The notes below the pieces were generated by a model. That model did not search any database, was not told the origin of the DNA, and saw only the letters and a program-made list of their open reading frames with translations. From the NCBI GenBank assembly GCA_008080745.1, contig SHMX01000003.1, positions 330,001 through 362,000 on the forward strand: 32,000 nt of DNA, written 5' to 3'. The DNA comes from Candidatus Thorarchaeota archaeon. GTDB taxonomy: Archaea > Asgardarchaeota > Thorarchaeia > Thorarchaeales > Thorarchaeaceae. A program made the position numbers and the translations under genes. Of the stretch, positions 9,817 to 19,249 are shown piece by piece (the stretch's first letter is position 1; each line of letters opens with the position of its first letter).

Positions 9817-12800
9817 TTGTTAAAGATGGTTCGAAATACTGTTAGGCTGGTTTCAGTCAAACTCACTAATTTCCTATCCTTTTACAAAGGATTTGTTGAG
9901 TTCGATCCAGGTCTGACGGTCATTTTGGGACCAAATGGTTCTGGAAAGACATCGATTTTTCACGCAGTTAAGTTTGCTCTTGGTTCGAATCAAAGAGAGA
10001 ATAGGTATCGCAAATGGAGTGACTTCATCAGACACGGTGCTTCTACTGCAGAGGTTGAACTCACAGTTGAAACAGGTAATGGGACTAAGACATTTCGTAG
10101 AAGAATAGATCGAGATGGAATTCCCCGAGCCTACATAGATGGAAAAAGGGTGAAAGCATCAGAACACAGACGTCAGGTTGATGCCCTCGGTTTTGATATA
10201 GATAATACCCTTGTATTTATGCCTCAAGAAAGAATCAATGCTCTTCGAGATATGGATCCTATTGAGGTCAGAAAACTTGTTGAAGAGGGTACGGGTCTTG
10301 CAGTGCTTCGAGATAGGATAGCATTGCAGGAAGTGGAGGTACGACAGAGTAGGCAACGACTTGATAGTGCAACTCTGGAGTCACAAATGGTAGAGAAAGA
10401 ACTTGAATTCCTAAAGACAGATTTAGCTAGATTGGCTAAAAAACGCGCACTTCAGCAAGACGAGCAAAAACTGAGAACCGAGCTCAAGTGGGCATCCCTT
10501 GATGATATTGTAGGAAAAATTGACCAAACAAGGTTAGATATCGAAAAGATGGAGTCGGGACTCAGTTCTGTTCTCGAAGAGATAAGCTCACTCAAGACAC
10601 AGCTTGAATCAGAGGAAGAAGAAGCTAGTATCATAGAGAACCAGCTTAATAATATTCAGCAAGAGATAGGTAAAATCGAAGCCAAGATCGATCAAGAGGA
10701 ACGAAGACTGGATAAGATTAAGGATGATTCAAAACAACTAACTCAAGAGATACGTCAGCTTGATACAGATGTCAGAGCTGAGAAACGAAAGAAGAAGAAG
10801 CTCCAAACAGAATTACGTCGAGCGTCTAAGACCGCAGAAGAACTCCTTGACAAACAAGTAACCCTTCGACAAGAGCTGGAAGGAATAGAGGATGAACGGA
10901 TAAAAGTTGAAGATGAACTTGCAGCTTTTTCCGAATGGAACGCGGAACGTGCAGAAGTTCATGGTACCTATAAAGCACTGCAAGCAGAGGTCCAGGGCAA
11001 AGATGTTCTGATTAGAAGCCTACGAGAACGATTACAAATTGAAGAAGCGGAATTACAAGCAATAGAGAGTAAATGGGGTGAATCCTGGGGCATTATTGAA
11101 AAGGCTGATGAGAAAGAATTAGTGAAAAAGAAAGGGGAGATAGAACGTAAATTAGCCTCAGTAAATGAGGAACGCTTTGGCATATCAAGTAGAGTAGCCC
11201 AACTTCAGAAGGAGATTAAAGACATTCAAGTACAACTATCGGAGACCTCCCTCCGAGTACCAGAAACTGTTAGAGGATTGAAGACAACATTAGAAGAACA
11301 TAACCTGACCTCTCTTATGGGTCCGGTTGTAGAAATGGTTGTTGCTCGTGATGAAATCGCAGAGGCACTTGAAGCAGTTTTATCGAATGACCTAGCATTT
11401 GCCTTTATCACACAAGACGAGGCAGAGTATACCCTCATCGAGAAGATCAGAGATGAAAAATCAGCAGCCTCACCAATCATTCTTGTAGAAACCGAGGAAC
11501 TAGAAGAAATCCAACCACCTGATAACAAAGGTGTAATAGGATGGCTCTGGCAATTACTAGAACTAGACCCACATCAAGTTTCCATTATCCGAAAAGCACT
11601 TGGTGACTATCTTGTTGTAGAGAATAATAGTGTCGCAAGAAGGGTTATGCGAAATTTCAGTGCCCGTATTGTTACACTTGAGGGAAAGATAATCGAACCA
11701 AGTGATAAAAGAACAATAAGCTATCCGCCAAAGGAATCAACGGGGATTGTTTCAACAGCACCACTCCAGAAGAGACTCGTTCAGGCTGAAAAAGAACTCA
11801 CTGTTTCCCGAAAGAAACTAACGGATGTGATGTCCCAGATTGAAAAACTATCTCAAGAACGAGAAGAGGTTATGGATATTCTAAGTCAGGTAACACGATG
11901 GGCTGGAACATGGGAGAAACGCAAACAACTAACAGAGAGTATAGCGGAAGTAGAAGAAAGAATAGTTGGTCTCGATGATGAATTAAAGGAACTGCAGGCA
12001 GAGCTTGGTAAACGAGAGCGGGAACTTCGCAGACTGGATCAAAGTCAACCCCCAGAACGAAGTCGGTTAATTGGTAAACGATCAGCCATCAGGTCAAAAT
12101 TACGTGAATTACAGAGGGAATTGTCAAAGACCGATGATATGCTTCGAACTACTGAGAAGAATGAAAATAACAGCCGTAGTGAGCTTAGAAGAACAGATGA
12201 ACTAATTGAAATGCTCTCAAGCCGACTTGTTGAATTGAGGGATGAGGCTTCAGAATCTAAGGATGTGAGCACACAGATTCTAACAGCCTTGGAGGAACTT
12301 CGAGAGAGCAAAAAAACAACCTCTACAAAAAGAACTGAACTGAAGAAGCAATATGATTCAATTCATGCGAGTGTTAAACTCATCAGAGAACAGCTGGTTG
12401 AACGAAATCTCAATGTGCGAGACAGTAAACTTCGGGTGACTCAGACCAAGAGAAAATTAGATATTCTGGAAAATGAACATAGTCGATTACTGAAAGGATT
12501 GGAGGACGAAAAACGTCCAAAAACAATCCGGCCACTTGAAACAGTTCGGGAAAGACTTCTTCGTGTTCAGCACCTCCTTGAGGATTATCAAGACGTGACA
12601 GAATCTGTAGCTGTGACCGAGGTCAAATTAAAGGAACGACTCTCTAAATTAGCAGCAAAAGTCAAGGAGCTACAGTTAGAGCTAGACGAGGCAGAAAATG
12701 CAGTAAAAAGTATCAGACAGCAATATCACAAAGGAATGGATGAGACCCTAGACAAGGTAGAGAAAGCTCTCAATGCGGTCCTTCAGACTGTGAGATATAC

Positions 12801-13191
12801 TGTACAGGTAAGATTTGAACTTGTACGACGTGACGGGGAATATGGTGTAGAATTCAGACCCGTTATCAAGGGTGACGAGTACGATAGTATAAGCGCAGGT
12901 TCGGGTGGAGAGAGGTCTCTAATTGCAATAGGATTAATCATGGCACTTCAGACATTCAACCCTGCCCCGGTGTATGCTCTGGATGAAGTAGATACATTCC
13001 TAGATGCCACCAATACAGAAATGATCAGTATCATTCTGCATGATGCCTCTCGACGAAGCCAGTTCATTATATTCACACCAGCAAAGAGTACCCATCTACT
13101 GAAACATGCGGACAAGAGAATCGGTGTAGTATCTCCGAGTGGGACTGAACCGTCGGTCGTGATTGAGAGCCCCAGATATTCAGGTCAATAG
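9817..13191 (+). CDS. smc: SMC ATPase with hinge, SMC5/6-like, 1124 aa
   Basis: Walker A GPNGSGKT; Q-loop IDNTLVFMPQERI; long coiled coils; hinge (GPVVEMV...ALEAVL...GVIGWL...VTLEG); signature SGGERS; Walker B/D-loop LDEVDTFLD; switch QFIIFTP. Start is TTG 9817 or ATG 9826. Confidence 0.93.
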   Translation: MLKMVRNTVRLVSVKLTNFLSFYKGFVEFDPGLTVILGPNGSGKTSIFHAVKFALGSNQRENRYRKWSDFIRHGASTAEVELTVETGNGTKTFRRRIDRDGIPRAYIDGKRVKASEHRRQVDALGFDIDNTLVFMPQERINALRDMDPIEVRKLVEEGTGLAVLRDRIALQEVEVRQSRQRLDSATLESQMVEKELEFLKTDLARLAKKRALQQDEQKLRTELKWASLDDIVGKIDQTRLDIEKMESGLSSVLEEISSLKTQLESEEEEASIIENQLNNIQQEIGKIEAKIDQEERRLDKIKDDSKQLTQEIRQLDTDVRAEKRKKKKLQTELRRASKTAEELLDKQVTLRQELEGIEDERIKVEDELAAFSEWNAERAEVHGTYKALQAEVQGKDVLIRSLRERLQIEEAELQAIESKWGESWGIIEKADEKELVKKKGEIERKLASVNEERFGISSRVAQLQKEIKDIQVQLSETSLRVPETVRGLKTTLEEHNLTSLMGPVVEMVVARDEIAEALEAVLSNDLAFAFITQDEAEYTLIEKIRDEKSAASPIILVETEELEEIQPPDNKGVIGWLWQLLELDPHQVSIIRKALGDYLVVENNSVARRVMRNFSARIVTLEGKIIEPSDKRTISYPPKESTGIVSTAPLQKRLVQAEKELTVSRKKLTDVMSQIEKLSQEREEVMDILSQVTRWAGTWEKRKQLTESIAEVEERIVGLDDELKELQAELGKRERELRRLDQSQPPERSRLIGKRSAIRSKLRELQRELSKTDDMLRTTEKNENNSRSELRRTDELIEMLSSRLVELRDEASESKDVSTQILTALEELRESKKTTSTKRTELKKQYDSIHASVKLIREQLVERNLNVRDSKLRVTQTKRKLDILENEHSRLLKGLEDEKRPKTIRPLETVRERLLRVQHLLEDYQDVTESVAVTEVKLKERLSKLAAKVKELQLELDEAENAVKSIRQQYHKGMDETLDKVEKALNAVLQTVRYTVQVRFELVRRDGEYGVEFRPVIKGDEYDSISAGSGGERSLIAIGLIMALQTFNPAPVYALDEVDTFLDATNTEMISIILHDASRRSQFIIFTPAKSTHLLKHADKRIGVVSPSGTEPSVVIESPRYSGQ

Positions 13192-13202
13192 GAGACAGGT
13201 AA

Positions 13203-13838
13203 ATGTCACAGGACCACAAGAAACTCGCTAAACAGGTAATGGAGTTAGCAGAATCCGTACGTTCTAGAAAGATTGACCCACTTGACGTTAAGCTCCAAGA
13301 AACCTACAGAGAATTACAAGAAATCATTGCAGATGTCGATGGACGAATCACGGTTGACGAGCTTCTAAATGAGGTTCTATCAAGCAAAGTCACTAGAATA
13401 CAAGACTTGGCTAAAGTTCTAGGAGCTCCAGAACTCTACATCACTCGACTCAGCGAACTGAAACCAATGGAGATTGCAAAACTCATTGTATACAAAAATC
13501 CGGTCGTAGTCACAACACTCCCCTTTGATGCAATGGAGCGAGCTGATGACAGAATCCAACAGATGATAGATAAGACTTCTCGTGAGCCAGAACCCGATGA
13601 TATTCCTGAGATGACTGGCGTTCCTGAGGATTATTTGTTTACATCACAAGATTCAGTATTCCTTGCTGACCTCAAGAAATACTTGAAATCCATTCCAAAG
13701 AAGGCTATCTCGATAGATGAATTGTTAGAAACCGAGGACTTTGATGAGTTTCTCAAGAGATTTCTCTATATTGTCATCCTTGTATCACGGGGAGACTTGG
13801 TTTTTGACAAAGAAACACAGACCGTCTGGAGGAGCTGA
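13203..13838 (+). CDS. Kleisin subunit (ScpA/Nse4-like)
   Basis: N-terminal KIDPLDVKL (cf. ScpA IDPWDIDI); Pro/acidic linker; C-terminal winged helix FLYIVILVSRGDLVF; starts 11 bp after smc. Confidence 0.75.
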   Translation: MSQDHKKLAKQVMELAESVRSRKIDPLDVKLQETYRELQEIIADVDGRITVDELLNEVLSSKVTRIQDLAKVLGAPELYITRLSELKPMEIAKLIVYKNPVVVTTLPFDAMERADDRIQQMIDKTSREPEPDDIPEMTGVPEDYLFTSQDSVFLADLKKYLKSIPKKAISIDELLETEDFDEFLKRFLYIVILVSRGDLVFDKETQTVWRS

Positions 13839-13846
13839 GGTAGGCT

Positions 13847-14353
13847 ATGAACGAATATGCAATCCTCATGAAATTACTCACCCGAGCCGGGAATCCCATA
13901 GGAGCAGGAGTAGAGGATATGCTAGATGCATTAGCCCTTCCCGAGATAGTAGGACGAGGGCCACTCTTTCAGAAGATGGGTGCATTGAATGAGCTGCTGA
14001 GACCCATGGGAATAACTATCAAACATAATCCAATCGATCACGTCTTTTACATCGATACTCTTGCAAAGGAAGATATTGGGGAGGAAACCGTTCTACCCGA
14101 TAGACTCGCCTCCACTTTACTCATTGTCATCACACTAGCATACCAAAATAATGGATGGGTATCTATTGATCAAGTCAAAAAACTGAGACGTAAGAGCTTA
14201 CAGGGAGTAAAAAAGGACCTTCGAGAATTAGCATCGATGAATTATGTGCAGCTGGATAGCAGAAGCAAGCGAGTTAGACCTGGTACTCGTGTTGCCTTCG
14301 AAATCGACTACGAACGCTTCTTCAGAAAATTATCAAAACCAGATACTACTTAG
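13847..14353 (+). CDS. Tandem winged-helix KITE subunit (ScpB/Nse1/Nse3-like)
   Basis: 168 aa with two wH-like halves (LNELLRPMGITIK...FYI; VSIDQVKK...KKDLRELASMNYV...RVRPGTR); starts 8 bp after the kleisin gene. Confidence 0.7.
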   Translation: MNEYAILMKLLTRAGNPIGAGVEDMLDALALPEIVGRGPLFQKMGALNELLRPMGITIKHNPIDHVFYIDTLAKEDIGEETVLPDRLASTLLIVITLAYQNNGWVSIDQVKKLRRKSLQGVKKDLRELASMNYVQLDSRSKRVRPGTRVAFEIDYERFFRKLSKPDTT

Positions 14354-14409
14354 TAGCGCTTTCGTTAGTTTTATCAAGCAACACGAAAAGCCCAACATGG
14401 TCGTTAATT

Positions 14410-14766
14410 ATGTCAAGACGTTCTCTTAGATTTTCAAGAGCAACCTGTCCAATCTGTGGAAGTAAGGAAGTCGCTCGCGACGACCTGAAAGGCGACCTTT
14501 TGTGTACCAATTGTGGAAATGTCGTCACACGCCGTGAAACAAAATCAGTTGGAAAATTCCAGATTGCTCAACAACTCAAACGTGAAGGGCGATTGAGCTT
14601 TTCAAAACTCCGCGATATCACTGGAGCCTCTGATGACAAACTCTTTGGCATCCTTGAGAGTATGGTCCGAATGGGGCTTATACAAGAAATCGGTGGGTCT
14701 TACTCATTGACCAAACGCGGTAGCAAATGGTATCGCCAAAGACTTGGACAGCAATGGGGTTACTAG
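14410..14766 (+). CDS. TFIIB-type zinc ribbon fused to a winged-HTH domain
   Basis: CPICGSKEVARDDLKGDLLCTNCG ribbon; wHTH LSFSKLRDITG...LFGILESMVRMGLIQEIGGSYSLTKRG. Confidence 0.8.
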   Translation: MSRRSLRFSRATCPICGSKEVARDDLKGDLLCTNCGNVVTRRETKSVGKFQIAQQLKREGRLSFSKLRDITGASDDKLFGILESMVRMGLIQEIGGSYSLTKRGSKWYRQRLGQQWGY

Positions 14767-15247
14767 AACCGGAAGGTTCTGATTCCCCGCAGAATTAGTG
14801 GATACTATATCCATCCCCAGTATGATTCGACCTTTCTCTGTATTCTTCTATGAATGTGGTGGTGTTAATATACTACCACAAGGCATTCTATAATGGAAAT
14901 GACCACTACCTGTTGTATCACCGAAGAGTACGATATCAAATTAGCATTCCAATCTTATCTGATCCATCAAGAAACGACTGCTAGTCTTGATGAGATACTA
15001 TCATGGCATAATATGAAGAGGGATTTCTTTCTGAAATTTTTGCAGAATTTTGCATTCTTATTGCACAAATGAATGATTTTCCTCATAATTTTTGCGTAAC
15101 TACTCATTCTTCAGAACATATAATTGTTCTTGCAATGTTTTAATCAAATATCCTTCAATTCCTCTAACCATATACTTAATATAATATCCTTCGCTATGAC
15201 ATACGTGGTTCGGTTCGGATTCCATTACATATATCTCCCCCTCCTAA

Positions 15248-15282
15248 ACCACGCGAATACCTAACTACTTTCTCATCCGGGC
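15248..15282 (+). repeat. 35-bp dispersed direct repeat, copy 1
   Basis: ACCACGCGAATACCTAACTACTTTCTCATCCGGGC, identical to 19010-19044. Confidence 0.95.
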
Positions 15283-15396
15283 TGGACCACACTCTCTCTC
15301 TTTTAGAATGGATGATGACATAGGAGTGCTTGATAGTTACAACGTGTAACAATTTCTGATAAGTAAGCATATGGATACCGATCCAAGACAGACCAT

Positions 15397-15648
15397 CTAG
15401 TGGAAGACAGCAGGGTGGAGCAGTCGCTTGGCGAACCCATAGTCCACGAGCCCCGCCTCGAAGTGTATCTCCTCGTAGGCTTCGGACTTCTTGTCGTACT
15501 GAGGGTTCCAGAGGCTCGTCACCTCGATGTCCAGCATGAAGGGCCACTGGGTACTAACAGTGATACGGTCCGGTCTGGTGGCGATGATCTCCTCAAGGGT
15601 CGGGGTGAGGGTGATGTTGGGACTGTCGGTGATCTTCGAGGGTGACAT
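15397..15648 (-). CDS. 83-aa hypothetical protein or gene fragment with foreign (high-GC3) codon usage
   Basis: By hand count about 68 of 83 codons end in G/C, unlike the flanking genes; ATG start. No family recognised. Confidence 0.55.
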   Translation of the reverse strand: MSPSKITDSPNITLTPTLEEIIATRPDRITVSTQWPFMLDIEVTSLWNPQYDKKSEAYEEIHFEAGLVDYGFAKRLLHPAVFH

Positions 15649-15967
15649 ACGCTATACTCTTGTCGGCAGGTAATAAAAATCGCGTATTATTCAGCCTCAT
15701 GATTGTCTGTTATGTTTATTATGAATCTGATACCCTCTTTGATTTTGAGGATATCTTCCTCTTGTAGCCCCCGTTGGTCATGAACGATTGAATTGCGTAG
15801 ACGCCAAAAATCAGCCACATTCTCATAGTCGGATGTAGGCGTAGGATGACAGAGTGATCTTATCCAACCTGTTTACAAGTAGCAGTGGATTGAAAGCTCA
15901 AAAATATTACGCACTATATAGAATAAGTGCAGTTGGGGGACCAGACACCTCATCAATCTCCTTTCGT

Positions 15968-17041
15968 CTATTTACAGAGCAAGGTCTCACGGATTACCTC
16001 GATGGTCTGATGGATGGTCTGAAGGGCCGTGAGTTGTGAGAGTGATACATCCTCCAGATCCAGAGAGTCGATACATACCTGTCTCTTGAGGACAATGTTC
16101 CGACTGGTCGCACATACTTGATGTGCAATAGACTCGTCAGAAAACAGAAACTCGGTCCTACCTAATCTGCTGAGGGTCCGATAGACCTTGCTGGTCTTGA
16201 TGTCTGTGATGGCATCCACATCTACCTCAGATACGATATCTTGAGCAAGGCGCTCAGTGTCAACAAGAAGGTCCATGATGGTTGGGATATATCGGCTCTC
16301 ATTGATCATGAGGTGGAAACATTCGATTGCACGGTGTTTCCGTTCAAGAGATTCCTCAGACACCCTCCCGTGTATCCCATCATCAAAGTGAAACTTGCCC
16401 CATCGTAGATAGGTCTCATCCTCTGGAAAATCAGCTCGGTTTACATCAGGAGTTATGATACTATCAAGACTCAGTGGTCGTATCCCTAGAAGCGATACAT
16501 TATCGATGGCTTTGGCAGTTCGTAGTGCCCAGTACTTCTGGTCAAAGTCACCCTCTGTCAGCCAGCGGTCTATGGTCAGGGACTGGTGGAAGGATGAGAG
16601 GAGGTATCGTTTAACCCAGCTGACATTGATGACATCAAAACGATCAAGGACACTAAGGGTCTCAAGGATGAGGGCAGTAGTATGGAAATCGGGGTCATCC
16701 ACATAGATATCTCCATCGACAAATCCACCTCTGAAGGGACTATGCATCGATACATACCGTTCGATGATGGAATCTATAGCAGTCCAATATGACCTAGGAA
16801 TAGGTCCAGTGTAGTCTTGCATGAGTCGAACCGCATCCAGCGTGGACTGAAATGTTGAGTCCAGCCCAGGCCTATCCGCAAATCCTTGTCCATCATAACA
16901 TCTCATGATGTACGAGGGAAGTGAAGGCGAGTCCGCCTTGGTATCAACAGCTGCAACAGACTGCATGGATATCATGAATAACACAAAGAACAGGGAAACG
17001 GTAATGATTCGGGTTATCCGACTAGCTCTAAACACGTTCAC
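15968..17041 (-). CDS. Secreted prenyltransferase/squalene-cyclase repeat (alpha/alpha toroid) protein
   Basis: Signal-peptide-like N-terminus (RITRIITVSLFFVLFMISMQSVAA); PFTB-like repeats (GQGFADRPGLDSTFQSTLDAV; RGGFVDG...DFHTTALILETL; DFDQKYWALRTA). GTG start. Confidence 0.65.
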   Translation of the reverse strand: MNVFRASRITRIITVSLFFVLFMISMQSVAAVDTKADSPSLPSYIMRCYDGQGFADRPGLDSTFQSTLDAVRLMQDYTGPIPRSYWTAIDSIIERYVSMHSPFRGGFVDGDIYVDDPDFHTTALILETLSVLDRFDVINVSWVKRYLLSSFHQSLTIDRWLTEGDFDQKYWALRTAKAIDNVSLLGIRPLSLDSIITPDVNRADFPEDETYLRWGKFHFDDGIHGRVSEESLERKHRAIECFHLMINESRYIPTIMDLLVDTERLAQDIVSEVDVDAITDIKTSKVYRTLSRLGRTEFLFSDESIAHQVCATSRNIVLKRQVCIDSLDLEDVSLSQLTALQTIHQTIEVIRETLLCK

Positions 17042-17371
17042 AACCTCAGATAGTTCATATACACAGGAGAGAAATATGCCCCTCTCATACGAGAGGAATC
17101 ACAAGACCAATGCAATATCTTTGGGTCCAACACTGGACCGAGGGATAGGCATCCTGCCAGAGGAAGGGATATGGAAAGAACTCCACAAGCACAAGTAAGG
17201 GATATCCGTGTTTTGCATAGGCTAAACGGACATGATAGACCAGATTCGGAAAACGTATTGCTGAAAGTTAGCGGTTTCCGCTCCTCTTGCGGATATAATT
17301 CTGACATCCATTACTCTCTCTCCCACCAACCAACTATAGCAAAATCTAGTACTCGAAATTACTATTTAAAT

Positions 17372-18919
17372 TTAATGAGCTGTTAGAGGAACTTCGAGAA
17401 TATCAATTGATTCAGGCAACATTGTGATTACTTCACAATCCGATATCTGCTTCTCATCTAGAACAATCTTCACATGCTCATGATACAGAAAGGGAGAGAA
17501 ATCAATAACAGATAGAGGATTATTAGACAGATCAATCTGTCCAACATGAGGAATTGTACCAAGTGGAGTAAGGTCGATATTACGAAGACGATTATCCGAG
17601 AGATTGAGAAGAAGTTGTTCAATCTCTCCCGTAATCATTGAAACGGGAGATAGATGTTTTATCAAATCAGTACGATATCTACAACTCAAAGGGCTGAGAT
17701 CAAGCGAATCAATATTGTTACTGGATAAATCAAGTTCAAGAACTTGGTGTGATTTCAAAGGGCCAAGTTCTATTGAACGGACCTTATTGTGAGAAACATC
17801 GATTTTGTTACTACCATATTTGGGAAGGATGATACATTCAAGTCTATTATGAGACAGATTCAGTTCGGATAGAAGTGTTTGATGTTGTAATGGGGAGAGA
17901 TCAAGAGCAGAGAGAAGGTTGTAAGAGAAGTCAATCTTTTGTATCCGATGACTTGGAGACAACGGGGTCATATCCAAGTGTTGTAGGTTATTGCCCCTCA
18001 AAATTAGAGAAGATAGATCCTTGTTTTTATGGAGAAATGTTAAATCCAGGGAACAAAGCTTTGCACTGGAGATGTCAATGTATTCCACAGAATTCAATCC
18101 TACCTTCTTGGGGATAATCAATTCCGTAAGGGGATTATCAGATAATTTTAATATCCTGAGTGATTGATTTGGACGCAAAAACGAGAGATCGAGACGTGAT
18201 AGACAACATCTGGATAATTCTAAGCTTTCAAGAAGGACACAAGAATCCAGAGGAGTGAGATTAATACCTTGAAGAGGATTTCCACTCAGTGACAGATAAG
18301 AAAGAGATGGACAGGTCTGTAATGGAGTAATATCTACAGAAGATAGATCATTTGAATGAAGATACAGATTAGCGAGATTATAAAGGTTTGAGAGAGGATT
18401 CAGATTTACCTGCTTCAGTCGATTTCGATGAAGATAGAGTCCTACAAGATTTTCCAATTGTGTGAGTGGGGCTAAATCAATACTTGGAATCTGAGAATCA
18501 GAGATATTAAAGACACGTAGATTTTGACACGAACCTAAAGGATCTAAGGCGATAGAAGAAATTTCAGTATTTACAATTTCCAATACTCTAAGGTCTTGAC
18601 AATTCTTGAGAGGCATAAGATCCAGTGTAAGAAGACCTCTGACATCGATAACAATTTTAGATGTGGATGTATTTCTGAGTACAGATAGATCAAGCACACT
18701 AGAAAAACCTGTAACTGTGACTTCTTGAACATTAGAATAATCAGCAACACATGTCAAATCAGACTCATTGTTTAGCGTTATTGATTGTAGAACCGCTTTA
18801 TCTCTCATTGGAAATAACGGGTTCATTGTTTCTTCTAGTTTAATATCTTCATGGCTCATTGTTTTAACACGAATAGACAACTCTGAGTTAACCGATTTCC
18901 CCATTATTACCATAGACAT
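17372..18919 (-). CDS. Leucine-rich repeat protein, ~16-18 repeats of LxxLxLxxNxLxxIDLxPL (24-aa period)
   Basis: For example LVGLYLHRNRLKQVNLNPLSNLYN / LANLYLHSNDLSSVDITPLQTCPS. No signal peptide. The true start may be a downstream Met (MSHEDIK). Confidence 0.92.
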   Translation of the reverse strand: MSMVIMGKSVNSELSIRVKTMSHEDIKLEETMNPLFPMRDKAVLQSITLNNESDLTCVADYSNVQEVTVTGFSSVLDLSVLRNTSTSKIVIDVRGLLTLDLMPLKNCQDLRVLEIVNTEISSIALDPLGSCQNLRVFNISDSQIPSIDLAPLTQLENLVGLYLHRNRLKQVNLNPLSNLYNLANLYLHSNDLSSVDITPLQTCPSLSYLSLSGNPLQGINLTPLDSCVLLESLELSRCCLSRLDLSFLRPNQSLRILKLSDNPLTELIIPKKVGLNSVEYIDISSAKLCSLDLTFLHKNKDLSSLILRGNNLQHLDMTPLSPSHRIQKIDFSYNLLSALDLSPLQHQTLLSELNLSHNRLECIILPKYGSNKIDVSHNKVRSIELGPLKSHQVLELDLSSNNIDSLDLSPLSCRYRTDLIKHLSPVSMITGEIEQLLLNLSDNRLRNIDLTPLGTIPHVGQIDLSNNPLSVIDFSPFLYHEHVKIVLDEKQISDCEVITMLPESIDILEVPLTAH

Positions 18920-18976
18920 ATCTTTCCAGAGATATTTAAAGTCATACTTTTATGTTCCAAATCGGACTGCCGGGAG

Positions 18977-19003
18977 AAAACACCACATCATTCCGATGTG
19001 ATG
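18977..19003 (-). terminator. Terminator-like hairpin with U-tract, between repeat copy 2 and the LRR gene
   Basis: Minus-strand RNA CAUCACAUC-GGAAU-GAUGUGGUG (9 bp, one G.U) followed by UUUU. The wobble pairs only on the minus strand. Confidence 0.4.
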
Positions 19004-19009
19004 GGGAAG

Positions 19010-19044
19010 ACCACGCGAATACCTAACTACTTTCTCATCCGGGC
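19010..19044 (+). repeat. 35-bp dispersed direct repeat, copy 2
   Basis: Exact match to 15248-15282. Confidence 0.95.
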
Positions 19045-19249
19045 CGAACCCAATATATCTTTTTTTCCAAATATCTCGACTGATTCTATTCACTGATAGC
19101 TGACGCTGCACGACTCAGGTAACATGCTGAGACCCTTGACCTGGTGCGTGTCCTTGAGATGAGGTGATATTCTCATCACTCGAAGAGAAGAATAGATAGC
19201 ACGCAATACACTGACATCTAGTAAAAAGGAGGGCTCCAGTGAGATGATT

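Noticed and set aside
9817-14766. Wadjet (JetABCD/MksBEFG) defence system
   Set aside because: Gene order and sizes differ, the kleisin is ScpA-sized, and there is no Toprim JetD nuclease. A defence role remains only a hypothesis.
14770-15200. Pseudogene in the AT-rich gap after the SMC cluster
   Set aside because: The minus frames I translated give only short fragments (e.g. a 41-aa MESEPNHV... ORF), with stops about as frequent as random and no recognisable motif.
17038-17386. Small ORFs between the toroid and LRR genes (89 aa minus, 71 aa plus)
   Set aside because: No motif, no codon bias and mutually overlapping, so neither can be supported as a gene.
19115-19179. C/D-box sRNA on the minus strand (GUGAUGA...CUGA)
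   Set aside because: 54 nt separate the C and D boxes, no convincing D'/C' pair is visible, and there is no terminal stem.
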